From: Vicugna vicugna
Lineage: Eukaryota
Length of the DNA stretch: 64,000 nt
Assembly (NCBI GenBank): GCA_013265495.1
Contig: MU058667.1
Location: 124,001-188,000 of the forward strand
Direction of reading: 5' to 3'
Made by a program: the position numbers and the translations under genes. The notes below the pieces were generated by a model. The model was not told where the DNA came from, did no database searches, and saw only the letters and a program-made list of their open reading frames with translations. Positions 39,521 to 52,900 of this stretch are shown here, piece after piece. The stretch's first letter is position 1, and each line of letters begins with the position of its first letter.

Positions 39521-40944
39521 TCATTTAAGTCAACACCTTTATTTAATAAATGAGGAAGATGAAATCTAAAGAGCATTGAAATAAGTATCCATCATAGAAT
39601 TTGTTGTCAAGCTGAGATTAAAAATCATATCTCCTGATTATTTTAGACTCCATCATGCTGATTATTTCTATTCTTTATTCAGATCTTTTTCTATAGTAAT
39701 TAATCCCCACTTTCTCATACTTCTTCCCCTCCCACCAATTTTCTAAATGTAACATGTTTATTGCACAATGTCTGGAAGATACTCAAAAGCAAAAAGAAGA
39801 TTAAAATAATCTTTTACCACCATTTAAAGATAACAGATGCATAATGTCCTAGGATTTGTTCCATATGTTCACTAGAAAATACTGTTTTCTAGTCTGTCTT
39901 TTTGCTTTATGTATTTTGATTCATTCATATTTTGATTCATTTTCCCCAGGTTATTAAATAATAGTCTTCTAAAATTATATAAATATAAATAAATAAATAC
40001 AAGTATATATTTAAATCATAGTATTATTGTGTACTTTGCTGTTTAGCTAACTGTTCATACACATATTTGGAAAATTCATAAAGAATTTATTAATGTGGAA
40101 TTACCTGGTCAAAACATGGAAACAACGGCACCATTTTTGCTATAAAATGTGATGGTTTGTAGGTGTCTGATGATGCCTGATAATGGTTTTATACATGTGT
40201 GTGTGTGCCATTACAGTTACTACATGGCTAGTACAGTTACTGTTGTGTTATTTGGTTTGATGAGTGCTTCTAAACTTTTTTCACACTGTAGCATGCTGTG
40301 ATGTACATAGAAAATGATAAAAAATCACGTGGCATGCTAGGGAAAACTAAGATGGTTGTCACCCTGCCCTGTTACTGTAGGCTTGGCCTGCCTACCCAGT
40401 CTGTGGAGAGGATCAGTATTTTGGCCACTTGTAAATCCTGGTTGGAAGCTCTGGTTACAGCACAGTGATGATAAGATCTTAGATTATTTCCCAGGTGTTG
40501 TGTCAGATTTTCCCTTTTTCTCACAGTAGACTATACAATTTGATCTATCAATATTGCAAATATGTACAGTTTATTTACTTTACTGACATTTAGTTTTTTT
40601 GTGCTGTTTGTAATTACAGAGTGTTATGAATATGACTTTTTGTGGGAACAAGCAGTTATTTCTCTTGGGTATGTACCTGGGAGTGGAACAGTTGGATCAC
40701 AAGATAAATATCCCTTTAGTTTCATTAGATAATACCAGTTTTCTGAAGTTAAGTATGCACAGTCCCACCAGCAATATGTGATGTTTCAGTTACTTCATTC
40801 CCAACAGTGCTTTACATCATTTCTTCTTCTTTTGACGTTCTGGGGGGGGTGTTTGTGTGTATAGTGGTATTTCATCGTGCAGGTCTTTGATGACTAATGA
40901 TGCTAAGCGTGTTTCATATGCCCATTGACCAAAGGGATAACTGA

Positions 40945-43900
40945 TTTTTTTTTAAATTGAACTTTTTATTTTGAGATAATTGTAGATTCTTACGCAGTTG
41001 TAAGAAATTGGTTTCTCCCAATGATGTCTCTCTGCAAAATGATAGTAAAATATCACAACCAAAGTAATTGCTGTTGATATAGTCAAGATACAGAACATTT
41101 CCATCACCACGAGGATCTCTCATGATGCCCTTTTATAGCAATCCTCACTTCCCTCCCACTTGCCCACCTCCTTTTAATGCCTGGTAACCGTTAATTTATT
41201 CTTCATTTCTATGAATTTGCTTTTCATGTATGTTATTGTATATGTGTGTTGTATGAGTGGAATTGTATACTTTGTGGTCTTTTGGGATTGGCCTTCTTCA
41301 CTCTGCATAACTCTCCGGAAATTCATCAGTATTGTGTCACTTCAGCTTGTTCCTTTTTATTGCTGAATGGAATTTCATGGTATGGATACACCTCAGTTTT
41401 TTAAACTCTTGAAGGACAAATGGGTTGTTTCCATTTTTTCACTATTGGAGACAAAGCTGCATTTGTTTGCAATACATTTGTGCATACATTTTGTGTGAAT
41501 ATACATTTTCATTTTTCTAAGGTAAACATCCAGAACTGCAGTTGCTAGGTCATATGACAGTTGCTTGTTTAATTTTTAAAGAAACTGTCAAACTATTTTT
41601 CAGAATGCCCTAGCTATTTCACATTCCTCTCAACAACGCATCAGTGATCTAATTTCTCTGCATCCTTGCCAACCTTTGGTGTTTTCAGTTTTTTTTTTTT
41701 TTTTTGAATTTAAGCATTCTGACAGCTGTATAGTGAAGCTCATTGTGGTTTTATTTTCCATTTTCTTAATGCCTAACGTGATTGTCTTCCATTTGCACAT
41801 CCTCTTTGGTGAAATATCTTTTTCTACTTTTTTGCATTTTCTGATTGGATTGTTTATTTTTTCACTGTTGAGTTTTGAGATTTCCTTACAGATTCTAGAT
41901 ACTGGTTGGATATGTAGTTTACTAATATTTCTCCCATTCTATAGGTGGTCTTTTTTTTTTAATCTTAAGAGAAGAGATCTTTCAAAGAGAAGAAGCTTTA
42001 ATTCGGAAGTATAATTTATGATTTTTTCCTTTTATTATGAACTGTGCTTTTGCCTAGCCTTAGATCCCTAAGATTTTCTCTGATTTTTTTTTTTCCTGAA
42101 AGTCTTGTAGTTTTGTTTTACATTCATGTCTCTGGTTTATTTTGAGTTCTTGGAACATCTTTGCCATCATTACTTTAAACTCTTTCTCGGATGAGTTGCC
42201 TATCTCCTCATTACTTACTTCTTCTGGGATTTTATCTTGTGCCTTGGCCTGGGAGATATTCCTCTGCTGCCTCATATTGTCTTATCTTTCTATTTGTATT
42301 TTTAGGTAAGTTAGTTACATTTCTCGACCTTGGAGAAGTGGCCCTCTGTGGGAGACGTCCTGTGTGTCCCAGCAGTACACTCCTCTCTTGTCACCCAAGG
42401 GACAGGGTCCAGCCAGTCCCAGTGTAGAGTATGGCCTGTGTGTGTGGATTCCTTCCACAGGCTTTGGGATTGTTGTTTTCTTATTTCTGGTGTCTGCCTC
42501 GTTGATGGGTGAGGCTGGACTAGAGGCTTATGAAGGTTTCGTGGCTAGAGGAATCGGTGCCTGCCCACTGCTGCGTGAAGCTTGGTCCTGGACCTCTGGT
42601 GGGTAGGGCCGTGTCTAGATTCATTTGTGGCTCAGGAGGTCTGCTGATGGGTGGGGCTGTGTTCCCACCCAGTATGTTGTTTGGCCTGAGGCTTCCCAGC
42701 CCTTAAGCCTATAGGCTGTTGGGTGAGGCTAGGTCTTGGTGCTAATGATCCAGTCAAGATGTCAGTCTCCAGGAAAGCTCATGTAGATAAACACTCCTGG
42801 AATGTCCGCCACCAGCTTTTATGTCCTCTGGGTGAGCTGCAGTCATCCCCTACCTCCCAAGGAGACCTTCTAAAATTTAGCAGGTAGGCCTGGCCCAGGT
42901 TCCTGTGAAATCACTGCCTCTGCCCTTGGACCTGGCGCGCATGAGATTCTGTGTATGCTTCCCAAGAGAGTGAAGTCTCTGTTTCCCTCAGTCCCATGGG
43001 GCTCCTGGAGCTAAGCCCTACTGGCCTTCAAAACCAGATGTCCTGGGGTCTCTTCCTCCTCCCAATGCTGGAACTCTGGGCTGGGGAGCCTGACATGGGG
43101 CTCAGAACTCTCACTCCTATGGGAGGACCTCTGTGACCTAATTATTCTTCAGCCTGTGGGTCGCCCACAGTGGGAGGTATGGGGCCCGATCATATTGTGA
43201 GCATGCCTCTTCTACCGTCCCCCTGTGGTTCCCTCTTTATGTTTCCAGTTGAAGAAGGTCTTTTTCGCTAGGTTCCAGTCTTTTTTCCTGATTGGTGTTT
43301 AGCAGTCGGTTGTGGTTTTGTTGTAGTCAGAGGAGAGGCGAGCTTGTGGTCCTACTCCTTCTCCATCTTGACCAGAAAAAATCTGGTCTGTTTTGAGTTA
43401 ATTTTTGTATAAGATGTGAGACTTTGGTTGAGGCTAATTTCTTGTTTTTGCCTATGGATGTCCACTTGCTCCAGCACCATTTGTTGAAAAGGCTGCTTTT
43501 CCTCATGGAATAGCCCTTGACCTGTGTGGAAAATAAGTTGGACGTATTTGTGTGAGCCTGTATCGAGGTTCTCTACTGTATTTCATTAATCTGCCCCTCT
43601 GCCAGTATCACAAAGCCTGATTGCTGTAGCTATGTGTGATAAACTTTGAAATTGGGTAGACTGATTCTTCCCACTTTATTCTCTTCTTCAAAGTTGTTTT
43701 AGCTCTTATAATTCCTTTGCTTTTCTATATAAATTTCAGGATAATCTTGTCTATATCTACAAATTTTTTCTGGCATTATAATAGAAGTTGTGTTAAACTC
43801 ATGTATCACTTTGAGGAGGATTGACATTTTTACCATGTTGAATCTTCCTATCTATGAACATTTATTTGTATGTTTTTTGATTTCTTTTGTCAGCATTGTG

Positions 43901-44170
43901 TAGCTTTCAGCATGCAAGTCCTATACAAGTGTGGTCGACTTTTCCCTAAGTATTTCATATTTTTGAAGTGTCGTAAATACTACTGTAGTTTTTATTTGGG
44001 TGTCCATATATTCATTACTTTTATATAGTCATACAAGTAATTTTTATGTTTATCTTGTATCCTATGCCCTTGTTAAACTGCTTTATTAGTTCTAGGAGGG
44101 GTTTGTATGTGTGTGTAAAGTGCTTGGGACTTTCTATGCAGACAACCAGGTAACCTGCAAATAGGCAGTT
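40945..44170 (-). mobile_element. L1MB-type element (3' end plus ORF2 part), interrupted at 42149-43381
   Basis: ttttattttgagataattgtagattc...; ccagcaccatttgttgaaaagg; continuous across the insertion. Confidence 0.8.
42149..43381 (-). mobile_element. 3'-truncated L1 (5'UTR plus start of ORF1) with 18-bp TSD
   Basis: ORF1 start MRQQRNISQAKAQDKIPEE..EKEFKVMMAKMFQE. 5' terminus motif tcctactccttctccatcttg. TSD tctggtttattttgagtt (42131-42148) / tctggtctgttttgagtt (43382-43399). Confidence 0.85.
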
Positions 44171-45729
44171 TTGTTTCATCCTTTCCAGGAACAGAGGGGA
44201 ATTTTTTCTGTAACTACTCGAATATATAACAGAGAATATATAATATATATTCTGCCCACTGTTAAGTCTAAAAGGAAAGAGACATTATATTCTAAAACCT
44301 GAAGATACACTAGGAAATCATTAGAACTGATGAGATGGTTGAGGATCCAGGGAGTAATTGAAAATGACACCAACATTTTGTTTCTAAGTATTTGGGTGGA
44401 TGTGGTGCTATTTCTTGAGGTTGGAAACTCAGGAGTAAAGGCATTTCTGGAAAATATAACAAGTTCTACTTTGGTCGTGCTGATTTTTTTGATGTCTATG
44501 GTGCATCTTATGTTGACATGTCCAATAGAGAATTTAGGGGAGACATTGCAGTTATAAAAGAAATTCCTACTTTGATATGATAGATGATGCTATGGGAGAA
44601 AGCACATATAGAATAAGTAGAGATCTGAGTGAGAAATGCTAACAAAGGAATAGCATTTCGAGATATAATGGGAGAATGAAAAGAATGCACTGTCACAGAA
44701 ACCACAGAAACTTGTCTTTTGTCAGAATTGACCTGTTTGTCAAGATCCAGCTTCCAGACCTTATTACCTGCCTCTCATCTCCTTTTCTGTCATTTCCTAG
44801 TATGTATTTCTAAAGCAGTTTGTCCTTCCTCTAGTCTAGCACTTAACCACACTGCTATCTTCTAGTTTATTGTTTACATGTTTCTTTCCATGTCCAGGTT
44901 TTATGTTCCTTGAAGGCAGGGATTCAGTCTTATTCATCACTGTGTTTCCTGTGTATGGCATAATTCTTAATAACTGTTCAATTGAATGAAGTAGGTGATG
45001 GTCAGAGTCTTCGGAGGGGAGAGTAAGAAAAGAACTGACAGTTGGCCATTAGATTTGCTGATCACTGACCACAGGGAAGGTGTTACATCTGGAATGGTGA
45101 GGAGTGAACAGAGAGTTCTCTGGTCTTCCTTTTCTCAAGTCACCCTAGCCCTTTCTTACATTTCCTCCCTCATTCCTTAATTCTGGTGTCTTAACTTCTG
45201 TTCCTTTAATAATATTGTTTCATCGTGATAGAAAAGTATTTCTTCCTGGTGACCTGTGAGAATTTACTCTTCTTCCAAATCCAGCTCATATCCCCTTCTC
45301 TATGAAACGGAATGAATGAATTTCTCTGTTTTTTTTTTTTTTATCACTGAAGCTCTTTAATATCCAGGTTGATAATCTCTGTCGTGTAGTTTTGTTTTAA
45401 CATTCTATTTCCATTTTAATTGGACTTTATTGTTCCATTGAAAAATGTGTTTTATTTTTCAGTTTAAGACTGTTCTTAAGGCATTATAAGTATTTACCTC
45501 AGCATTTGGAGGTTGCTTATCATGTGATCCAGTTTGTAATTTCTTGGTGTTTATTTTACCCATTATACCTTCAGTAAATTAAAGTGTCTTCTTTTCCATC
45601 CTGGAAATTGTATTTTTGTAGAGGATCCAGTAAAATACCAGAGTTCTTAGTTTAATTTTTAAATAGGTGCTGTTATTCAGTGTCTTCCACATGAGAACTA
45701 ATTTAAGTGGGAAAAGTTGGTTGGATTAA

Positions 45730-45927
<198 letters not shown>

Positions 45928-47951
45928 TGAAACTGAAACAAACAGATGTTTATATAAACGTTGTGCAGGTCACTGCTTGTTTATTTTTTTCTTTCTGTGA
46001 AATGATATTTATTTATCTCAAAGAAGGCTTGTAAAACCAGGGGTTGTGGGCCTCTTGGCCTAAAGATACAAGCTTCAAATTTTTGATGTGATTTTACAGC
46101 AAAAGTGCTTTAATGTATCATTCATTTTCTGAGGCCCACTGTATTTACTGAGTTGTTAACTAGGATTTCTTAGCTTCTCAGTTTCATAGATTAGGAATTC
46201 AGAGCAACTGTTCATGATATAGATTAGGTCCATATGCAGTGAGCAAAATTCAAAAGAACTATAAAACGCTCATGTTTATATATAAAACTTCTGGCATATT
46301 CTACTGATGAACCTTTTGGTCCTGATTTAGTCTTACATGCATTGCTTGTGTCACATGCTTTGCAAAATATAGATGCAATTAGAATTCAGTTTTAAGTGTT
46401 GTGACATACCTAGTATGTTTATTAGACGTTTACTTTTTATCTTTTTCCCCACTGATTGTTGAAAACCCAAACTGTTTTTTTATTTAATTTGTCAAGTTAA
46501 AGTACTAACTTCACATTATAAAATTTTAGATTGTGTAGAAGATAATTGATAAAAGTTATACTATTAAGTCACGTCTTTAAATTGACTTGCAGATCTGTGT
46601 AAGATACTCTTTATCACACGGCAAACAATAATAAATTGCTCTTGCAGCATATTTCTTTATGTTCTATGAACCTGTTTGGTTAAGTTATAGAAACATAAAA
46701 TACTTATCTGTGTTCCTCCTGTAACAGACTCATTGGGTTATTTTCCTTTAATTTTTATATTCAATGACTTGTTACATCCTTTGTGGATTTTGTGTTGGAG
46801 GGAGAGCCACCTCCAGTTTTCTCAGGCAGAAAGTTTCTGATATCCATTGCAGAATAACCCATGTTGGTTTTCTAATTTTTTTTTTAAAGCTAAGCTTCAA
46901 TTGAAAAGATCATTTAATCAGTGATTCTTGATCCTTATCTGTATGTATATAGTATATGTTTTTCCCTATAATACATCATTTAGCAGTTAACCAACTTTGT
47001 TCAGATAATTTCTTACAATTTTTCTGCTTCTCCCTTTCTTAGGAGCATATTGTCTTTGAAAGGAGAAAAGAGTCTTCCTAACATCTCCAGATTTCTTTCT
47101 ATTTTCTCTTTAAAAACCCAGGCAGCCAATGGCCATTTATAATGTGTGAGACACTGTGCAGATTCTTTCTTTCAAGGGATACATGAAAATGAAAAAATTT
47201 CTATACATGTATAACTAAAAAGTATAAAATACTTTAGTAAGTGATGTAAGAAAAACTTAGCAAGGGTTGTTGAAGCAAAAAGGAGAGACATTTGTTGAAT
47301 GTCTATCATGTGTTAAAAAACAGCAGTAAATAATGATGGTAACAGTAGTGATCACAGCTAATACTTTCTGAGTACTTCCTATGTGCCATGTGTGGTGCTG
47401 GAAAATATCTCATGTAGTTGTCATGACAACTACATGAGATAGATAATACTAATATTCCTATTTGATAGATAAGGAAGCTGAGAACATAGAGAGTTTGCTT
47501 AGTGAGCAGTGTTGGATCTGGGGATGTCTAAATGGATATGACTGACTAAATTATTGGAAGGAGACATCCCTGTTAGGTTGCTGTTGTAGCCTGAAGAAGA
47601 GACGGTAAGGAACTTAACTGAGGCAAGGGTAGTAGGTTGGAGAGGAATTTGAGAGATCAGTTGCATATGGAAATATTTAAGGGAATGATTTCACGTACGG
47701 AATAAGGGAGAAAGAGGAGACAGAGATGTCTCAAAGGGTCACACGTAGGTGGGTAAGTAGATGTTGATGTCATTAGCCTGGGAAAAGAGAGGAGAAAGAA
47801 CGAGTTCATGGAGACAGGGGAGAGAGATCATGAGTTTGGTTTGGACATATTGAATTTGAGGTGCTGTGGGTATTAAGCCAGAAGGTGGACTGAGAATGGG
47901 AACTTCTATGAGAAGGGGAGCTTTTACTTAATAACTGAAATGAACAACTAG

Positions 47952-48080
<129 letters not shown>

Positions 48081-49056
48081 TAAAAATTTACATATCTTTG
48101 TTTTTAACAGAACTGTTTTCCTGTTCCTCACCCCAACTAGAGATTTTTTTTTTGATTATTGTTTATCGTGGTCCAGGGGTAAAAAATATTTCCACATATA
48201 TTCTTCAGTCTTGCAAATATTTGATGGACAATTTAATTTTATACTAATATTATTTGTTTTTAAGCCTATAAAATATAAAGACTGACATTGTATAGCAATA
48301 ATGCCCATGGGTCTTTGTTTACTAAAAACTTAGAGAGTTCTCTGATGTGCCAAACTAAAGCAGGGCGTGCATAAATTCTAACTAAAGATCTTTTCCATAG
48401 CCATAACACTAGGAAAATTAACAATAGTTTTCTGTTATCATCTTGTTTTGTAATTTGCTTCAGCCTCATTGACGTCTATTAAATCAATTATTTTTAAGAT
48501 GCCTTCTCATTAAAAACATTTTTCATTTTTATCAACTTGAAAATGTTTCATGTGGAATAATAAGATTTCCATAAAATGTTATAGACTGTTATGTAAATTG
48601 TTTAGTCAGTTTAATAGCTGAAGTTAAAGATTTTGCATAAAAGAATTTTTACCATCTCAGGAATAATTATTTTTATTGCTGAGAACTGCTTTAATTCCAT
48701 CTTTATCCGAGAGAGTCAAGATGTGGTCATGTATTTATCAAAATGGGGTCATGTTTCAGTTTATGAAGATGTTTATTATAATCATTGATCCAGTAGTTGG
48801 AATATAGATAGATCTTATTAGGTAATTAAATATTTACTTAAATACCTGGAGCCATTTTAATGCATTGTAAATTTAGTAGTATCTAAATTTTGTGATTCTC
48901 TGTTTGATTATATCATAATACTTTCAGATTATTAAAATTACTAACATCAAAGGATGTTATAACCCCAGCAAAATCAAGTCAGCATTGCTAGAAACATAGG
49001 TTACCCTACCTGAGAGGACAGTACAGAAGAGTCATTAAGAGTGTGGATTCTGGAGC

Positions 49057-49342
49057 AGACTCACAGACATAGAAAACGAACTTATGGTTACCAGGGGGGA
49101 AGAGGGTGGGATGGGATAAATTGGGAGTTTGAGATTTGCAGATACTAACTACTATATATAAAATAGATAAACAACAAGTTTATACTGTAGAGCATAGGGA
49201 ACTATATTCAATCTTATAGTAACCTATAATGAAAAAGAATATGAAAAGGATGTATGTATATGTGTGACTGAAACATTATGCTGTACACCAGAAATTGACA
49301 CACTATTATAAAGTGATTATACTTAAATGAAAAAAGAAAGGG
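49057..49342 (+). mobile_element. Lineage-specific L1 3' end inserted in a MIR, perfect 16-bp TSD
   Basis: TSD gtgtggattctggagc at 49041-49056 and 49343-49358. The MIR resumes after it. Confidence 0.92.
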
Positions 49343-49769
49343 GTGTGGATTCTGGAGCTATCTTATCTGGCTTGGGAGACTGACTCTGCCACTTACGGTG
49401 CAACTTGTATGGCTTATTCCTTACCTGAAAAATGGAGGTAGGGCTAATCTACTCATGAAGTTGTTCAGAGAATTAAATGAGTTAATTATATATATAAACG
49501 TGCTAAGAAGGGTGCCTGACACATGGTAACACATGGTTAATTGTTAAGTATTTATTGGGTTTTGCCCAGAAGTAATGAGAGAGTAGTTCTGGTGATTGCA
49601 ACTTCCTGATCAATTTAAGAGTGTGAATATTCGTTTTGGAAACATGATTCCAAAAATATGTTGCTCATACATGAAACTTTAAGGACGCTTTAAACCAAGT
49701 TTGCTTTGATTTATTTATTTTTAGCACTTGCATAAGATAGCATTTTTGAAGTTATCTGCCTACTTTTCA

Positions 49770-49882
49770 ATAGAAAATGTTGAAATGAATACCTGTGTAA
49801 TCATCACCTAGTCAGCAGTTGTGAACATTTTGCTATTTTTACTTTATGTGTCTGTGTGATTATATGTCCATGTATGTGTGGT

Positions 49883-49918
<36 letters not shown>

Positions 49919-52900
49919 CCACATGGAAGTATACTGTAGACATCATGACATGTTACTCCTGAGTACCTCAGCATGCATATTCTCAAATAAGGATACATTC
50001 TTACATAGTCGCAAACACTGTTACCACACATAAGAAAATTAGCAGTCTTTCCCTAATACCATCTTACCCATATTGTCCTAAAGTGCGTTATAGCTGTTTT
50101 TTAAAATCAGAATCTAGTCAAAGTTGGTGTATGGTGTTATATTTCTTCATTTTCTTTTAATATAGGTAAATCTCCCCACTTTTTCCACTATGGAATTGAT
50201 TTATTGATGTGACCAGTGCAGTTGTAAGACATTTCTAGTTTTGTCTGAAATTTTTCCTCAAGAAATTGTTTAATTGCTATTTCCTGTGAACTTGAAGTTC
50301 CGTCTAAAGACTTGATTAGATTCAGATTAAACCTTCTTGGTAAGAATTTACTTCATAGATGATGCCAAGGCCAGCAGGAGGTCCATAGTTCTAAATAGTT
50401 ACAAGTGTGAATATGTGATTAAAGTGATAATCACCAGATCTTTCCAATAAATCTGTTATTTATGGTGAATTAGATGAATGGATTTCCTGACATTCCACAG
50501 TCCTTGCTTTGATAGAATGAACCTCAGTTGATCATGACATCCCTGTTTGTGAAATTGGCTAGTTGTGTGTGTTGTTTGTGTGTATAGTCTTTATCACGTT
50601 TAGTATCAGCACCATGTTTATAAAGTATGTCACAAGTTTTCATTTTTTTCCCCCTTCTCTGTATAGTTTAAGTAGCAAGGAATTTTCTAGCCTTTGAGTA
50701 TTTGGTCTGTTCCTCTGTGAAACATCCTAGGCATGGTGACTCTTTCGGGTATGGTAGTTCTTAGAAAAAGTTATCAGTTTCCTCTGTGGAAACTGATCTG
50801 TTTAAATTTTCAACTCACTCGGTAGAGAAAGAATTTTAGGAACTTTGTGTAACAGCTAGAAAGTTATCCATCTCTTAAAAAATTATCCATTTCCCAGAAA
50901 TTATCCATTTTATAAAGATTTTTGTATTTGCATGGAATTTGTACAAAATAGTCTATTGTGATTTGATTGAATTATGTTTTCAGTGGTTATTTCTCAACTT
51001 GTTATTTATTTTGTATAATTGTATTAGCTAGTAATTTTGTTAATTTTGCTTTTCAAGGAATCATCTTATTTATTAGGTCTTTATTTTGGTTTTTTAATTC
51101 AATTTTTGCTTTTATTGTTTTTTTCCTTCCTTCTATTTTGGCTAATTTGCTTTCCTTTTTAAAATCTCTTTAGTTTGATGTTTTATTTCCATTCTTAAAG
51201 TTATAATGATACAAGTATTGAATGCTGTGAATTTCTGATCACTGCTTTAATTACATCCCATAGATTCTGATATGTAGTATTTTCCTTATCATTTCTAGAA
51301 ATTCTATAACTTCAGTTTATATCTTTCTTTTGATATAAGAATTATTTAGTAGAGAACTTAAGAAGATGGAAGAGCCTCTTTATTATTAATTTCTAGTTTT
51401 ATTGCTGGCTCATGGTAACTCTGTTTAACCATTGGAGGAACTGCCTAAGTGTTTCCTGAAGTTGTTACACCCTTTTCATTCCCTCCAGCAGTAAGGAATC
51501 TCATTTCTTCACATCCTGGCCAACACTTGTAACTGTATGTCTTTCTGATTATGGTCATCCCAGGGAGTGTGAAGTGGTATTTAACTGTGTTTCAGATATG
51601 CATTTCCCAGGTAACTAATGGTGTTGAGCAACTTTTCATGTACTTACTAGCCATTTGTATATCTTCTTTGGAGAAATGTCTTTTTAGATCCTTTGCCTGA
51701 TTTTTAAAATAGGGTTATTTATCTTTTTATTATTAATTTGTAAGAACTCTTTAGAAATTCTGATACAAGTCCCTTATCAGATATATGGTTTGCAAATATT
51801 TTCTCCCATTTGGTGCCTTGTGTTTTTTTGTTTGTTTGTTTGTTTTTTTACTTTGTTGATCATGTCCTTTGAAGCAGTAAGTTTTTGATTTTGATGTAGT
51901 CCAATTTATCTATTTTATCCTTTTCTTGATTGTGTTTTTGTGTCATATTTAAGAAGCCATTACCAAATCTAAGGTCACAAAAATTTACCGTTACGTTTTC
52001 TTTTCTAAGAGTTTTATAGTTTTAGTCCTTGTATTTGGGTCTTTGATCCATCCACATTGAGTTAATTTTTGTCTATGATGTGAGGTGGGGGTATTGTTTT
52101 TAATATCACTTTTCACATGTTTATTGCTACCACTTAAAAATTGGCTTTTGAGTGTGATCTTGACTCCTGGGACCTTGCTGAATTCATTCATTATTTCTGG
52201 GAGTTTTTTTGCATATTCTTTGAGATTTTCTACAAGGAAGATTTTGTTGTTGCAAATAGAGACAGTTTTATTTTTTTCCTTTCCGGTCTGTATATCTTTT
52301 ATTTCCTTTTCTTGCTTTATTGTGCTGGTACATCCTTTCCTTGTGTGATGTGTGATCTAAGGGGTAAGAATCCAGTCTTTTACCGTTAAGTATGATGTTA
52401 GCTGTAGGAAGTTTCTGTGGGATGATCTTCATCAAGTTCAGGGAAGTTCACATCTACTCTTAGTTTGCTGAGATCCTTGATGCCTTTAAGTTTCCTCCAT
52501 GCCTTTTCATGGCTTGCTAGGTCATTTCTTTTAGCACTGAATAATATTCCATGATCTGGATGTACCAAAGTGTATTTATCCATTGACCTACTGACAGACA
52601 TCTTGGTTGCTTCCAAATTTTGGTAATTATGGATAAAGCTGCTATAAACAGCCATGTGCAGGTTTTTGTATGGACATAAATATTCAGCTCCTTTGGATAA
52701 TTATTAATGCTTTGAATAAGAAATCTGTTCTACCAAGTTTAAGACACATCATTTTTTCTTTAAGAGAGGGGTATGACTGCTGGATCATATAGTCAGAGTA
52801 TGTTTGATTTTGTAAGAAACTGCCAGCTGTCTTCCAAAGTGACTGGCCAGTTTTTACTGCACTAGCAATGAGTGGGAATCCTGTTGCTTCGCATCTTCAC

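Noticed and set aside
44300..44990. Adjacent oppositely oriented L2 fragments as a hairpin
   Set aside because: Different parts of L2 and highly diverged; no extended complementarity visible.
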